From contig NC_081332.1 of the NCBI RefSeq assembly GCF_022539665.2, positions 1,984,001 through 2,048,000 of the forward strand: a DNA stretch of 64,000 nucleotides. Reading direction: 5' to 3'. Positions 29,001-42,300 of the stretch are shown one piece after another; within the stretch, counting starts at the first letter, position 1; each line of letters starts with the position of its first letter. Position numbers and translations under genes: made by a program. The DNA comes from Daphnia carinata. Lineage: Eukaryota. Under the pieces are notes generated by a model. The model was not told the DNA's origin and searched no databases. It saw only the letters and a list, made by a program, of their open reading frames with translations.

Positions 29001-32000
29001 ATTTGTATACATAAGCAGTAGCTATTTGTAAAGATCATTTGGACGTGTAAAAATGTACAAACAGATCCGATATGAAGGAAGAATTTATACGAATTGGGAG
29101 GGGATCAGAATAAAAATGGGAAAGACGAGCGAAGAGCTGCCGTGGCAGTTTGGTCGTGACAGCTGGGGTACCACCCATTTACACATAAAAAGTGGGAGCC
29201 AGTATTATATGGAGGAAGTTGGTAAATCTATATGATGCCTTTAAAGTGTGCCCGTGTATACACCACGAACGCCAACCTTTCCTCCTCTCTATCTCGTGAA
29301 GAATTTACACGATGATCTATATATATATCAAACCAGCGCCACTTCATGGGCTACTCCCTCAAAGGGTATGCAATAAGAGAAAGATATTTCGCAAAACCCA
29401 AAACGTAGCAGTGTATGACGTCATTTAAAAGAAGCGTTTTAATTATTAGCGCAACACCATTTAATTCACAGATGTAGACTGTTCAATTTTCAAAGTACCA
29501 GTGGAACACGACCACTTCTTCAAAACACGCAATATTTTTTACCTCCTTAAATAGTTTTCGTTACTAATTACATGTGATTCGTTGGATGTGCAGGGGAAAT
29601 AAAAAGGGGCCATCCGTCAATAGAGGAATCACGTATAGTTCTTCAACCCGTCTGGCACGTAGATTGGATAGAGTTCTGATTGGATTCTTTTACTGTCTTC
29701 AACAGCTGTCTATCCTCTCCCTTTTGCGCCTACTTGTCTATACTTCGAGACGTATATTATAAACAGCCAGCGCTTTATAATATACAGCTGCTGCGGCCTT
29801 CTTCTATGTATCGATTGTACACAAATCCTTCCCCTTCCCTTCTTTTTCTTTCTTCAAAAAAGCCAAAGCGAATATGTTGATTGAATAGCGCCGTCTCCAT
29901 CCCGTTTGCCAATTTGCATCTTCCTTTTCTATAAGGCATTGAAACAAAACCAAAGATATATCGACTGATGAAATACTTCGTTCAATAAAAAACAAAAGGC
30001 GTTCGATAAAAAGGGAAAAAAAAAAAAAAATTAAATAATCTGGATTATAATGAAGGTATTCAACTGTAGCTAGTCGATGTTATAGTCCTCTGATTTCATT
30101 TCTTTTCTCTATAGACCGACCAAGTTCTGTACATCCATGAATTGCGAAAAAGCGGGCCCCCTGGCTGCTGATTGAGATTCGATGCGTCTAATTAGAATGG
30201 GTTACGTATATACATGTATAAAAGATGGGGATGAATGTAAATGTACTCTACGTTGGAGAATTGAAGGACCACTTGTGTTTTGCTGGGACGTCGTGCGGAA
30301 AGGAAGAAATGTCCAAATCACGCTGACTTGATGAACAGCAACAGAGTTGCCAGTCGGAATAAATCAGTTTAGCTGTCCTGATTTTTCGTACGTCTTTTTT
30401 TTTTTTTTAAATATTATATAGAAACAAATAAATAAATAAAACAAAAGATGGATGTAACCAATTGGAGTGGTCTATAATTCTATTTAGTGTCCTGATCGAG
30501 TAACAGCACGATTTCTCTAAAAAAAACAAAATGTAAGTAAACGATTAAATTATCAATTGGAGCGGAAAGCACGTGTGTAGATTGGCGTGTAATCAACTTT
30601 ACTCAGATGACTACTGATGGCCTTTTCTCTGCGTGTCTCTTCGATCTATTTGCGATTCAGGTCGATATTTATATAGACCTATACCGGGGTGTTGAATCGG
30701 ATGTAGGTTCAATTGGGCAAAAGGCAAATTTTCGTTTCCTTTTCATTGATTAGTAGGCGGAGAAAACGCTTGACTTGGGATTTATTGTAACGGGTATATA
30801 TCGTCAAACCAAAGCGGAAAGTGAGTAAAAAGATCACATCACACAAAGAGGGATTTTTAGAGATGAGAAAGCGATTGACTTTAAGTCGTCCCCCCTTTTT
30901 TTTCCTTTTCTTTTCGTCGTTCACGGTACAGCCCATATAGAGCAGTGAAAAGGGGATATAGCGTGACAGGGTGCGTGCTGTTTGGCAGGCACATTTGGGT
31001 TCACCCATTTGTGTCCCTGGACGTAAGCCAAAATCAACGGCATTCACTTATTGCTTCAGAAGGAAAGAGAGGGAGGCAAATGTCTCAACTAGTCCACCTA
31101 CTTCATCTCTTTTCCCCATCCATTCTTTGATTGCTGATTTATTTATTTTTCTTGTTGTTTGTTTACAGTTCTGCAAGGTAATATAGCAAATAGGCGGCAG
31201 GATGTGAGGTTGATCCGAAGTGCGCCAGGATGGAGAAAATAAACAAATTGTTCTTCAGTCAGACGAGGCCAATCGATAACAAAACAAACCATGAAACAAC
31301 AGCTGTCGCCATTGTTTGGAACACAGTTTAAACAAAAACTGGCTCAGTATAATGACGCTCAAACACAACCTTGAAAGACATTCGAGGAACACCGAGTTAA
31401 AATTTAAAGAAAATGCTGAAAAGATAAGAAGATGAAAAAAAAGGACATTTGGCTGTGCAAACAGCGAGACACTTGCTGCGTATTGAACACCCAAGTGGAC
31501 GATATGATATACGTTTTATTTCTAATGCAAAATACATATTATATAAACGTGCCTGAATCATCATCTGATTGATATTCCATATACGTACACGTATGCTATT
31601 TCGCACCAGTTATATGGAAAACGTTTCGAACGCTTCGCCAACTTTTTTTTTGCCCTTCTTTCGATTTATTTACATATCGCTTGCGATATTGGCCCCATCG
31701 GTGCACACACGTCCTATGCAAATTTTTTTTTTTTTTCAGGGATCTTAAGTGTCACCAACGGCATCAATCCTTGTCTCGATCTTTCTGTGCTTGTACGAAT
31801 TGCTAACATTTCATTCCATTGGAATAATACGTACATCCGAGTTAAACTGTGACTGTATCCGCTCTAAGGTATATAGTTTATCAAGAACAGCATTGAACGA
31901 AATTTCCATCCGTACGACTCTACTGATGATGAACAACCGTATACCAGAGTGCAATCGTGATTGAGTGGGCGGATTACATTCTTATATTCCATTTAATTCT

Positions 32001-35000
32001 TTAAGAAATAACAAAAAAAAAAGGTCCGGCTGGTCCATTTATATAGGTGGGGCACGCGGAATGAATCCAACACGTAATAGAAAATAAAACTCAAGGCAAG
32101 TACGTAGCGCATAGAAAAAAAGTACAACAATAAGGTTGGCATCCAAGTTGCCGAAGAAGTTGCAACAATGGATGTCACCCAGGCACGTCTCAACAAGAAA
32201 AGTATCCCCTCCCCCTCCCCCCAAGAAAGAAGAAGGAGATGATGATAAGAAATAAGACAGCAAAATAAAAAGGAGCACGCGTACAAGGGAAATAATAGCG
32301 TGTTTATTTAGATGGAATATATTTTTCAAGAAAACACCCACTCTTTCTTCGATACGGTCGAAACTCCATGAGCAGCTCATTAAATATTCAAGCGACGGTT
32401 GCCGGAAGATGCGAAAAGAAGTTGGTAGAGATACTTGGTTGAGACAAGCAACTCGATAAATGTACGGTGACCGCCACGTATATCGACCTACAAACTATTT
32501 ATAAATGTACAACGAACGAGTAGAGATTGCCTAAGGTGATAGCCTATACTATAATAAATCGATTTTTAAAACGTGAAATTCGAATCGGCTGTTGACGGTC
32601 GGACGTTATCCTCCCCGCCATTGCTTCAAAACATTGCAACGACGTCGCCTCCATACATTAAATGTTGAACCAAATGTAATAAATAAATGCCACATCAACC
32701 CCGCGTTTTTGTAGCAGGCTACATGTAGCGCTTCTCTGCTAATCGAACTGAAATGCCATGTGAAATTTGCCAGTGAGTCGAACTTAACGATTAGATAACC
32801 TGCCCCAAAGCGTTCATAGTATAGATGAATCTATTCCGTAAATGTAGCCGTGTACCCTCTCGTATCAAATAGGTGGCGCTTGGTACATACACAATTCTGT
32901 AAAAAAAAAAAAAAAAATTCGAAGAGAAATTAATCATTTCAAACATGGAAAGCAATTTCTTTTTTTAAGGGTAGAATTCTTTATAATATCGGATCATTTA
33001 ATGATGGGAGCTCGTTGCGGTGCAATTGTGACCGAAAATCCAATAACGTACGCCTTTTTTATTTCCATTTCAAAATATACACCAAAGCAGCAACTACAAG
33101 AAAGGGGAAAAGAAATACGTTGAATTTTCTATACAGATAAAAAAAAGGGAGGATGAAATCTATAATATCGAGAGTCTATAAGGATTTTGCCGCTCCAATC
33201 GTTCGGCAGCAAATGACAGCCATAAGGACGTGGTGAAATAGATTGAGAGAAAAATCGATCGAAATGAGCAACGGTTCAAATCGAGCCATTCGCTGGTCAG
33301 AATCCTTTTTTTTTTGCTTCTAAAATGATTTAATCGACATTGCAAAAACGTCATTTTTCTTCACTAATTCGTTATTGTATAAAATGTATCGTTTCTTCGA
33401 AATATATCAGAATAAGAAAAGGTCCAACATCTTTACGTAAAATTACAGGATCGATGATGACCTTAACAATTGTACGCGCACCCTTTGTTACAATCGCATT
33501 CGAAACACTGTCAGTCGATATCGGTTATAGCCTATATAACAATCAACCGCATTAGCATTTGTTCAAAATTCAATTCAATCAGTTTGATTTCCCGAATGGC
33601 TGCAGTCAGTCACGTTTTTTGAAACGTTCTCTTTCGTCTTACGGCGGGGGGGGGGGGACCAAATTAAATCACGAATGATATAGAATCAAGAAAACAGCAG
33701 CTCGCAAAACATATGGAGAAAAATCCGAAAATAAATGGAAACCATATAAAAAAAAAAAAAAAGAAGGCCATCAATTTAAAAAAGAACCCTTCCCATAAAC
33801 ATAAAAACGATTTCTATATAAGACCAGCAGACGGACCCGCATTCATGTTTTGTTATTGACAGAAATCGAAATGATTGAATCACTTGGGTTTTCATTCGTT
33901 TCTCAATCGACCACCGCTGCCGGCCAACTCACCGAAATTGCATTGCATTTTTTTTCCCTCTTTCCTTTTGTTGCCACATGTGGGCTCCTCAAATCCTTTT
34001 GTGATCGTTATGCAATTGCGAACGAAAATTCTTTGCCGATTGCATTTTCGCACAACCTTTTTGTTGGAGAAGGGGGGTGGCAATTTGTCAAGTGGCGGGT
34101 CAATCACATAACGGTGCAGCTCAGCTGCTTCGGATTATTCAACACAGTGCCATTACGTTTCTTATCCTATGGTTTCGTGTGCTGATGTAAGACGTTCAGC
34201 AGCCTATATGCCTTCGCCGAAGGCGGGCTTTCCAACGAACGCAACGCAATGATGGATGTGCACGTCTCATTCATCATTTATCCTAGTGCTGCTGTCTATT
34301 ACGCAAGAGCGCAACTATAAAAAAAAGAAATGAGATTGTATATATATGTATACATACTCTATACAAACCATATGTTGTTGATTTCCTTTTAATAGCCGAA
34401 AGGGATGCATTGTGTACGGAAATTCAATACTGGTCAGAGTATGTATGTATAGCCAACAAGACATCGGATCAAGGAAAAAGAAAAACGTTATCTGGGGGGG
34501 GGGGGGACGACGGGTGCTATGTGTGTATACACACAGGAGCAACGTGATAGGTTCATCAACAGATATCAAAGAAGTTTTTGGAGTAACATGAAAACCGATA
34601 GCGTCTCTCTGCTGCTGCCCTGCGATGGTGTTTTCATTTGAAACGAAACTAATGTGTCTATATTATCTACGTCAATGTGGTTAAACGTACGTCGAAATGG
34701 CTGACTTAGTTTTGGGTGTTGATCATTGATTTGTCGCCTTTGAACATTTTTTTTGTGTGTTCGAAGGTTCTACGTTCTCCTTAAGGAAGGAGGGTTATAA
34801 CTCACGTGTTTACATCAGCGGTTATATGATGACCGCAAACTCTTTTCAAACGGAGATGATGTAACAAAGTTGCAAAACGAATAACATGTTAAGAAAAAAA
34901 AAAAATAGAAGATTATATTTTCTTTTGCGTCTGTGAACGTATAAAATCCTGTGTCGTACACAAGTTAAGCCCTTACGAAAAACTTTTTTTTTTTTTTTTG

Positions 35001-38000
35001 CTGAGTTTATTGATGGAGTCGGGCGGAACATGTCTGCTCTATACATTATTGGCTGCGTAATAAACTGGTGGATGGAAGGCGGCGTAAAATCGTTGGCGAT
35101 AAATCGCGTTATCGAATTAACTGGCCCTATATTACGAACAAGATGAAACGAAAATTGTGGCCGTAAAAAAAAATGGGGATTCCATTTCGTCTGCCAGTCA
35201 ATGACGTCCATTAGGACGGTCATTAAAATCGTTTAACAGAAATTGTTCGACCTCCTTTTTCTTTAATGTTTAATTTAACTAATCGCTTCAACGATCTTCG
35301 TGTGTTGTGTTTGAATAAATCAAACACACTAGCGTGTTAAATCGCAATCCGTTATTTGTATATTTTTCTTAAATAAAATTTATACTTGAAAAGTGTGTTT
35401 ACAACGAATTATTTAAGACTTGCATAGACGCTCGCTTGTCAAAGTTAAAGGGTGTGTATACTTACATAACAAGGCCATCCTGTAGAGACACGCGAACGTG
35501 AACTAGGTTATGTTTTTTTTTTTGTGTGTTCTTTTTTATGGTTGCGCCATTTCAGTGAGAGGGCAACTTATCCTAGAGCAATACGTCAACAAATGCCAGC
35601 TCGGTGTATGTGTTTTATAGTTTGGAACACACGGTCAATTTTGAAAGAAAGCGCAATCTTTTTTTTTTTTAATAAAAAAATGCAAAACTTGGGCTGTGTG
35701 CGCAGTCTGATGGCATTTAGTGTTATTTCTAATGTAGCACACACGCCATAAGAAAACATTGCATTTGTACGTCTACTTGATTTGTGAATTCTGCGCACGC
35801 TGTGTGTCTGTGTTGTATAGCTAAAGCTCTCCTATATTCTAAATGTTGACCGATGCATTATAAGCTAATGGCGTACAGACGAACTCTGGCGTGAAATGAG
35901 GACAACCAAATATACTTTAAAATACGTCTTTTTTTAAATCGCGAGCCCCATGGATAAATTATACACACATGATGTATGAGCAACGTCAAACAACCATAAG
36001 CGACGAGGCAAATTTCAAAAATACAAACGCAGAAGGGCATCGTTGATTTTTATTTTTTTTGCTGATGTAAAATGCAAATTTCTCAGAATCGTGTGTGTGT
36101 GTGTGTGTGTGTGTGTCGTGCTATTAGATGGTGTGCACAGTGTACACATGTGCACAGTAAGTGGGAGTCACGATCGATTAGACCATGACTAGATATACGA
36201 CATTTCGCGTGAGCACCATCAGAGGGGAGGGGGGACATTCCAGACGACTTTGAATGTACAGGAACTCTCTCAAACAGTCCAATAAAATGGCATATAGAAT
36301 TGAGTGAGTGAAAAAAAAACGAAAACAATCCATTATGCCATCAACGTATTGGCTTCCAAACGTAATAAAAAAAAAAGAAGAACGACGGATTTCCTTTTTT
36401 AATGCTGTACTTTTTTTATGGAGCTGTCCTCTTTATACACGTCAATACACAAATTGGAGCCATTACATCATTCCATCCAATCTCGATGATGTCTATGCAC
36501 GCCTATAAAAAGGCCCTTTCAAAAAAAAATGTGGGAATATTTCTCTTGTAGAAATTCATTTTTCCCCCTTCCCACACAATTTGTAAAATCCAGAAAAAAA
36601 AATGTATTTAATAAGTTTTAAGAGACGTACATCTCTATTGTTAGGGCATCAAGGAAGGCAAAAAAAAATATCCTGGACAACCCACTCCATTAGCAATTGA
36701 TGAATTCGTGAATTTATTTTATTTTTCATATATCTGCCAACTGCTGTACATCTCTATACGTATACCTATAAATCCAATACAATATTGCCTGTTTAATATA
36801 AGATTTCGCTTTCATTTTCTTTTCTTTTTTCCTATATTTGTCTATACGGAACAAGTTAATAGATTTTCCTCTTCCCGGCGTCATTCATGTCGCGCTTCTC
36901 TACTCGACTTGGATGAGGAAGTTTTACGCTTTCAAAATAGTACTCATCCACCTTTTTCTTTGAGGAACCAGAAAATAAAAGGAGTCATCAAGAACATCGT
37001 GATCAAAAAAAAAAAAAAAGAAAACGAACGTCGGACTTTGAATTCGTCTCAATGAAAAATGGGCACCTGATTTGAAGTGAGTTCGAATGCCCACCTTACA
37101 TATAACGTCGACGAATTGCCTCCAACAGTCACGTCACAGGAATTCAGTTCGTGAAAGCAGACGAAAAAAAATAGATGAACAGAAGAACGGAAGGAAAAAA
37201 AAAAGAAATCAGTTAACGAAGAACGAAAAAGACAAGAAAAGACGGTCGATATTATCGATCGGCCGCTTTCATTCGATTGCACCTAAAGCTCTTTGTATAA
37301 TCTCTGTCTCCACATCTCGTTGATGACGGTGAAAGCTCCTGTATTTTTTTTTCTACTTCTCCCTTTTATACCTATCAGCAACAACAAAAAAAAGAGAGGC
37401 GGTTTCACGTGGAGTTGCATGTATGAATCAATATGTTGATGTTAGGCCTATCTGTATGTAGCCGATTGAGGCCCAGATAACAATCCGCACTGAAAACGTC
37501 GAGATTTGGCAACGCCGCCGCGGTTACCCTGAGGCTATATACCGCACATTTTATGCAAATTGGATCAAAGGGTACACGGTGACCGCAGAATACGTCCGCA
37601 GAATTCAACTGATTGGATGGACGTCGTTAAGATATTAAAGAGAGCGTCGTTTAAAACGAATTGCTTTTTCATGGCAAGTTTGGTCTAACTTGATTTCTAA
37701 GCATACAAGTGTTTATTCCTGTGCACAAAACGCTCACGCGTTAGGTCGCCTTCGTGATTTTTTTTTTTTTAAAGCCTTTCGTCCAGCACTTTGCAACATC
37801 AGACAGGTGGCTACGCATAAATAGAATGGTCGCCACCACCGTTAATTGATTTTGCCCTTGTCAAATGTTTTATTTACACCACACTCTGATGGCTGCAGTG
37901 TTTTGTTATTTAGAAACTCGGCTTTTGCGCTACCTGACTTGTCCCACCAGAAAATTGAATTCTAGTAGAGCTTCATTGTAGCGACTTGATTTCGCTAAAA

Positions 38001-39290
38001 AAAATAAATAAATAAAAATCTTATATAAAAGAAAAAGAGCTGAATGAACGCGATGTATTCAAAAGAAATTAACAACAATCGGTTGAAGCAGTTTAGGAAA
38101 TCGTGTCCATACAGACGCGCCTTTTGTGCCGTACGGACGGCCACCAACATTTTCGTGACCCATTAATAATATTGGAAAGCGTGCGGGCGTGTGCCATCGT
38201 TGCATCCATTGTGCAAACTTGTCAGCGTAGCATAAAGGCCTTCGCTCCTGTAGCCGAATCGGGTGTCGAGCCCACTCAAAGAAAAGGCCATCCAATAACG
38301 ACCAACCGAAATTGGCTAGGGCCAACGCTGCTCTACAATTAATCTACCGAAACTCTTCTCTTTTTTTTTTTTCGTTACGTCAACAATAAATAAGATGGCA
38401 ATAAATTAAACGATATCAACATTTTCACGTGCTTTTCTTTTTCTTGTATGAATTAGGACTGAAACGATGTGTTAAGGTGGTGCTCTTCGGTTGAATGAAA
38501 GGATTTAGCAGACAATGTCACCCACACCTTCCCTGCTGCCAACAATATCTGCAATTCTTCAGGTAGAATAAGAAGAACGTGATTTCGGTCGCCAACCTGC
38601 TAGCTATCATGTTTGTTTTTCGGCCTCTTTATTGTGTACAACAGCTCTCTCAATCTGTGTGTGTGTGTGGGGGGGGGGTATTAAAAAGAACTTTAATCTT
38701 TTTCTACACCTGTGCTTCACCAGATGGTGTATATATCAATATATATGCGAGCACCAATGTGATATAACACGGTCGGCGTGTCTTCGTCATCAACCGGAAG
38801 TTTTGTTTGTCGCAGCACGTGACCACGCCCTTACATACGTAGCGCTGTGCGCGCAAAAGAAAAGAGAAGAGACGTGACAGCCGGCAGAGAAGCCAATCAT
38901 CTATACAGAAGATCTGACATATAATACGCGAGCTGTGCACCGTTCTGTCTATATATTATGATTTTATAAAAAAATAAAATCAAATCATAATAATAGACGT
39001 TTCTATAAAAGTAGATGTGTGTACGGAGAGAATGGCATTTTTGGGAAACGCTGATTTTTAAAAATTTGATTACACACATATAGTATAACATACTTGTGAA
39101 TGAGCTAATAATTATAGCATGGAGGACAATGTTCATTAGGCCAAATTAATATCGAATTTGATTTCCCTAGTGGGGTTTGATTCCTGCCTATACGTGTATG
39201 TGCTCACCCAGTGTAATATGTGGCATACCTGCACGGTCGCAAAAGCAAATTTTGTTTTATATGCACATACACACACACAGCGCAGGGAGC

Positions 39291-39330
<40 letters not shown>

Positions 39331-42300
39331 ATGGACATTCTTTTGGTGTTACGTGAACAGGCAAGTTCATTAAACGTAGAAGATGGCCACATTCACCTGC
39401 GACGCGGGGCATATGTGACCAAGTCACGTGACACTAAGGTGAAACGAAATAATGATAATAATAATAAAAAAAAAAAAAAAAAACTAGAGCCAATGGCGAA
39501 ATTAATCGCCAACTAAAGGTGGATACGCAGAAAGGCAGTCCGTGTTACACTCGGCGGCGTATGCAAATTCAGGGCGTGGACGCTCATCAAATCCGGGACC
39601 GGATGTAACACCAACACGAAAAGGGGTCTAACGGGACAAAATCATAGCACCGTACGAGCTTTATAGACATTCATTTTTTTTTTAGTATGTAAACAAATGA
39701 CCGTATTCACCTGTGACCTTAAAATACATGCAAATGAAATAATTCACGAATCTGTTTCATGTAGCACACCCAACCCAATCTTCTCCCCGCATCCAGCGCA
39801 GCCACCGATCGTATAATAATAACAAGCTATTTTATTTTCGCAGGAAGAAATATGCAAATAAGTGACTCTTAACAATCGATGCGTTATATAACTTTAATCC
39901 AAATTGCCCGCTAGTGGCGTATCTCCCAAGTGATTTTTACCCCCCCCCCCCCCTAGACACACACCCACACACACACATCGACTGAGAAATAAAAAAAACA
40001 AACAATATAATCTAATTGATTGCCGCCTTCCAGATATTGTTGCACGCGCGTCTGCGCCGAAAATCGGGAAACACGAGACGCTGCGTAACCAGGGGTTACG
40101 CGTTACGGTTGGGTTTGTTTAAAACCCAACCGACAGGAAATATTAGACGACCTAAAAAAAAAAAAAGATAGAAAACAGTCCCATCTAAATGCAAGTGACG
40201 TCTAGTTGCACTTTCTTTCTTCCTTTAACATCATTTCACGCCGTAGGAAAAAAAAAAAAAAAGGTGGGGAAGGATGGGAAGTGCGTCAACGTGTCGAGAG
40301 ACGCACCTATCTAAAAATAAAGAAAATTGAACTTGTAAAAAAGAAATACCTTCATTCGTTATACACACACGCGTATTGATTAAATATGAATGTGTAACGA
40401 GCAAACACGTGTATAGTGTCTATATACAGTATCATTTACACGTACGCAGTCCTAATTATCACCGATGAGATAGTGCCGTATGTAAGTATATCAACGAGTC
40501 CTCGGGAGTCCCATGATATATAGGCCCGCGTCCTGTTTAGATACGGTCAAATTGAATACGAGTTTGAATTACACGCGGGAGCTCGTCGAGCCTGTCACTG
40601 ATGTAATCATGGCACGTCTGTCACGACCGATCAAATCTCTTCATTCATTTGTTTTTGTTTTTTCCTTTCCTCCCCTCCCCACTTTATAATTCATCAAGAG
40701 GGCGCATCAGTTTCCCTTACGTCATTCATGCGTATCTCACAGTTTTTAACGTAATGAATACTCTGACGTCATTAGTCTATTTACGTCACCCGTTATCCAT
40801 TGATTGGAAAATTTTTAAAATGTTGGATTATAATCATATAAGTCAATTAATAATAATGCACGCAAAAAGATGAGCTCACTCTCGCAATCAATAAGAATAA
40901 AGATTAAAACGGTCAAAAGAGACGATGTAACATCACCGCGCAACAAGACAAGAGACCGACCCATATTTACTCTCTTCTTATAACCCCAAAAAGCAAAAGG
41001 TCGTATGTTGTATATATCGTGTGGGTATAGAACCAGCTGCTTTTCAAACACCCTCCTCCTTATCTCCTCCTAAAAGAAAAAGAGAAGATGGAAAACTCGT
41101 ATTGTACACACGAGCTTATATTACACGTATAGAGTCACAACCTCCCTCCCCCCCCCCCCCCCCTGGCCGACCGAAGTATACAGACGACAAAGTGAGAATG
41201 GAACGCTTGTGTTTTGGCTCTCCCGTGTGCGGGTGATCTTCTTTTGCTCGTCTTGATATTTATCCATCTATTTTCTTATTTTCTTATTATTTTTTTTTTG
41301 TGGTGTTGTATTTATATATATATATATAACAAAGGGCAGTAGACCTGAATGTCAAGAGCCATTCCCGTATACACGTATCGATCTGCACACACATTTTGTT
41401 GACGGCTTTCCCGCTGCTTGTTTCATCGCTACTCATCGTTGCAATCTGATCATTTTGCTTTGAAGAAAAAAAAAAACGACTACGTAGATAACGTATATAA
41501 CATCACGTGTGACTGAATTTGTGTTGTTTCTGTTACTCACGAGCTGCTCGTCGAGCTTGTTAGCAAGACGAACTCGCGTTAGACACAGCATTTCTGTTGC
41601 ATAATCGCTAGCGCGTTAACGCCACTGAGCCGCGTAATGAGCTGCTGAACGTCTCGCAATGACATTAGTCAACAGAGCACAGATGGAGAGCCAAAAAGCC
41701 ATTGAAAACCTTTGTATGTTTATACACGTAAATTGTACAGAACCATAACGCCCGATAGCGAATAATAATAATATTAAAAAAATAAAATAATTCAACAAGC
41801 AAGACAGACAAGATGACTCGGTTTTTGTTTGGTTCGTCAGTTTCCCTCATCGTTATCGAGTGTGTAGACACACCCTGAGGGGTTAGTGCTTCGTGATTGT
41901 TTTTGCAACGATCCTCGACATCACCGCTGCCTTCCTGTGCGCTCTGCATCCGCAAGAGGGGAAGGAAGCGAAGCTCGTAACAATCAATGAATTCTGAAAC
42001 AATCCTTAAGATCGACAACAACCATATACATCTATCCAACCCCCCCCCCCCCCCCTGTTTCCCACCTATTAAGAGATGTCGGGCTGTTATACACTGCGCA
42101 AAGAGCGACTCGTCTTTCCATTCTTCTTTCGTGTTTATACCTAACGAGGCAGTCAGATCATTTGGATACGTGAGGATGGAAAGTGAATTTCATTTGATCG
42201 CTAGCAACGCCGCAATGCACGTAAGAACAATTGGCATGTGTTATATAAATATATAAATATTTAAACTGCCGACCGTGTTGACAACCGTCATCGTGGCTAC

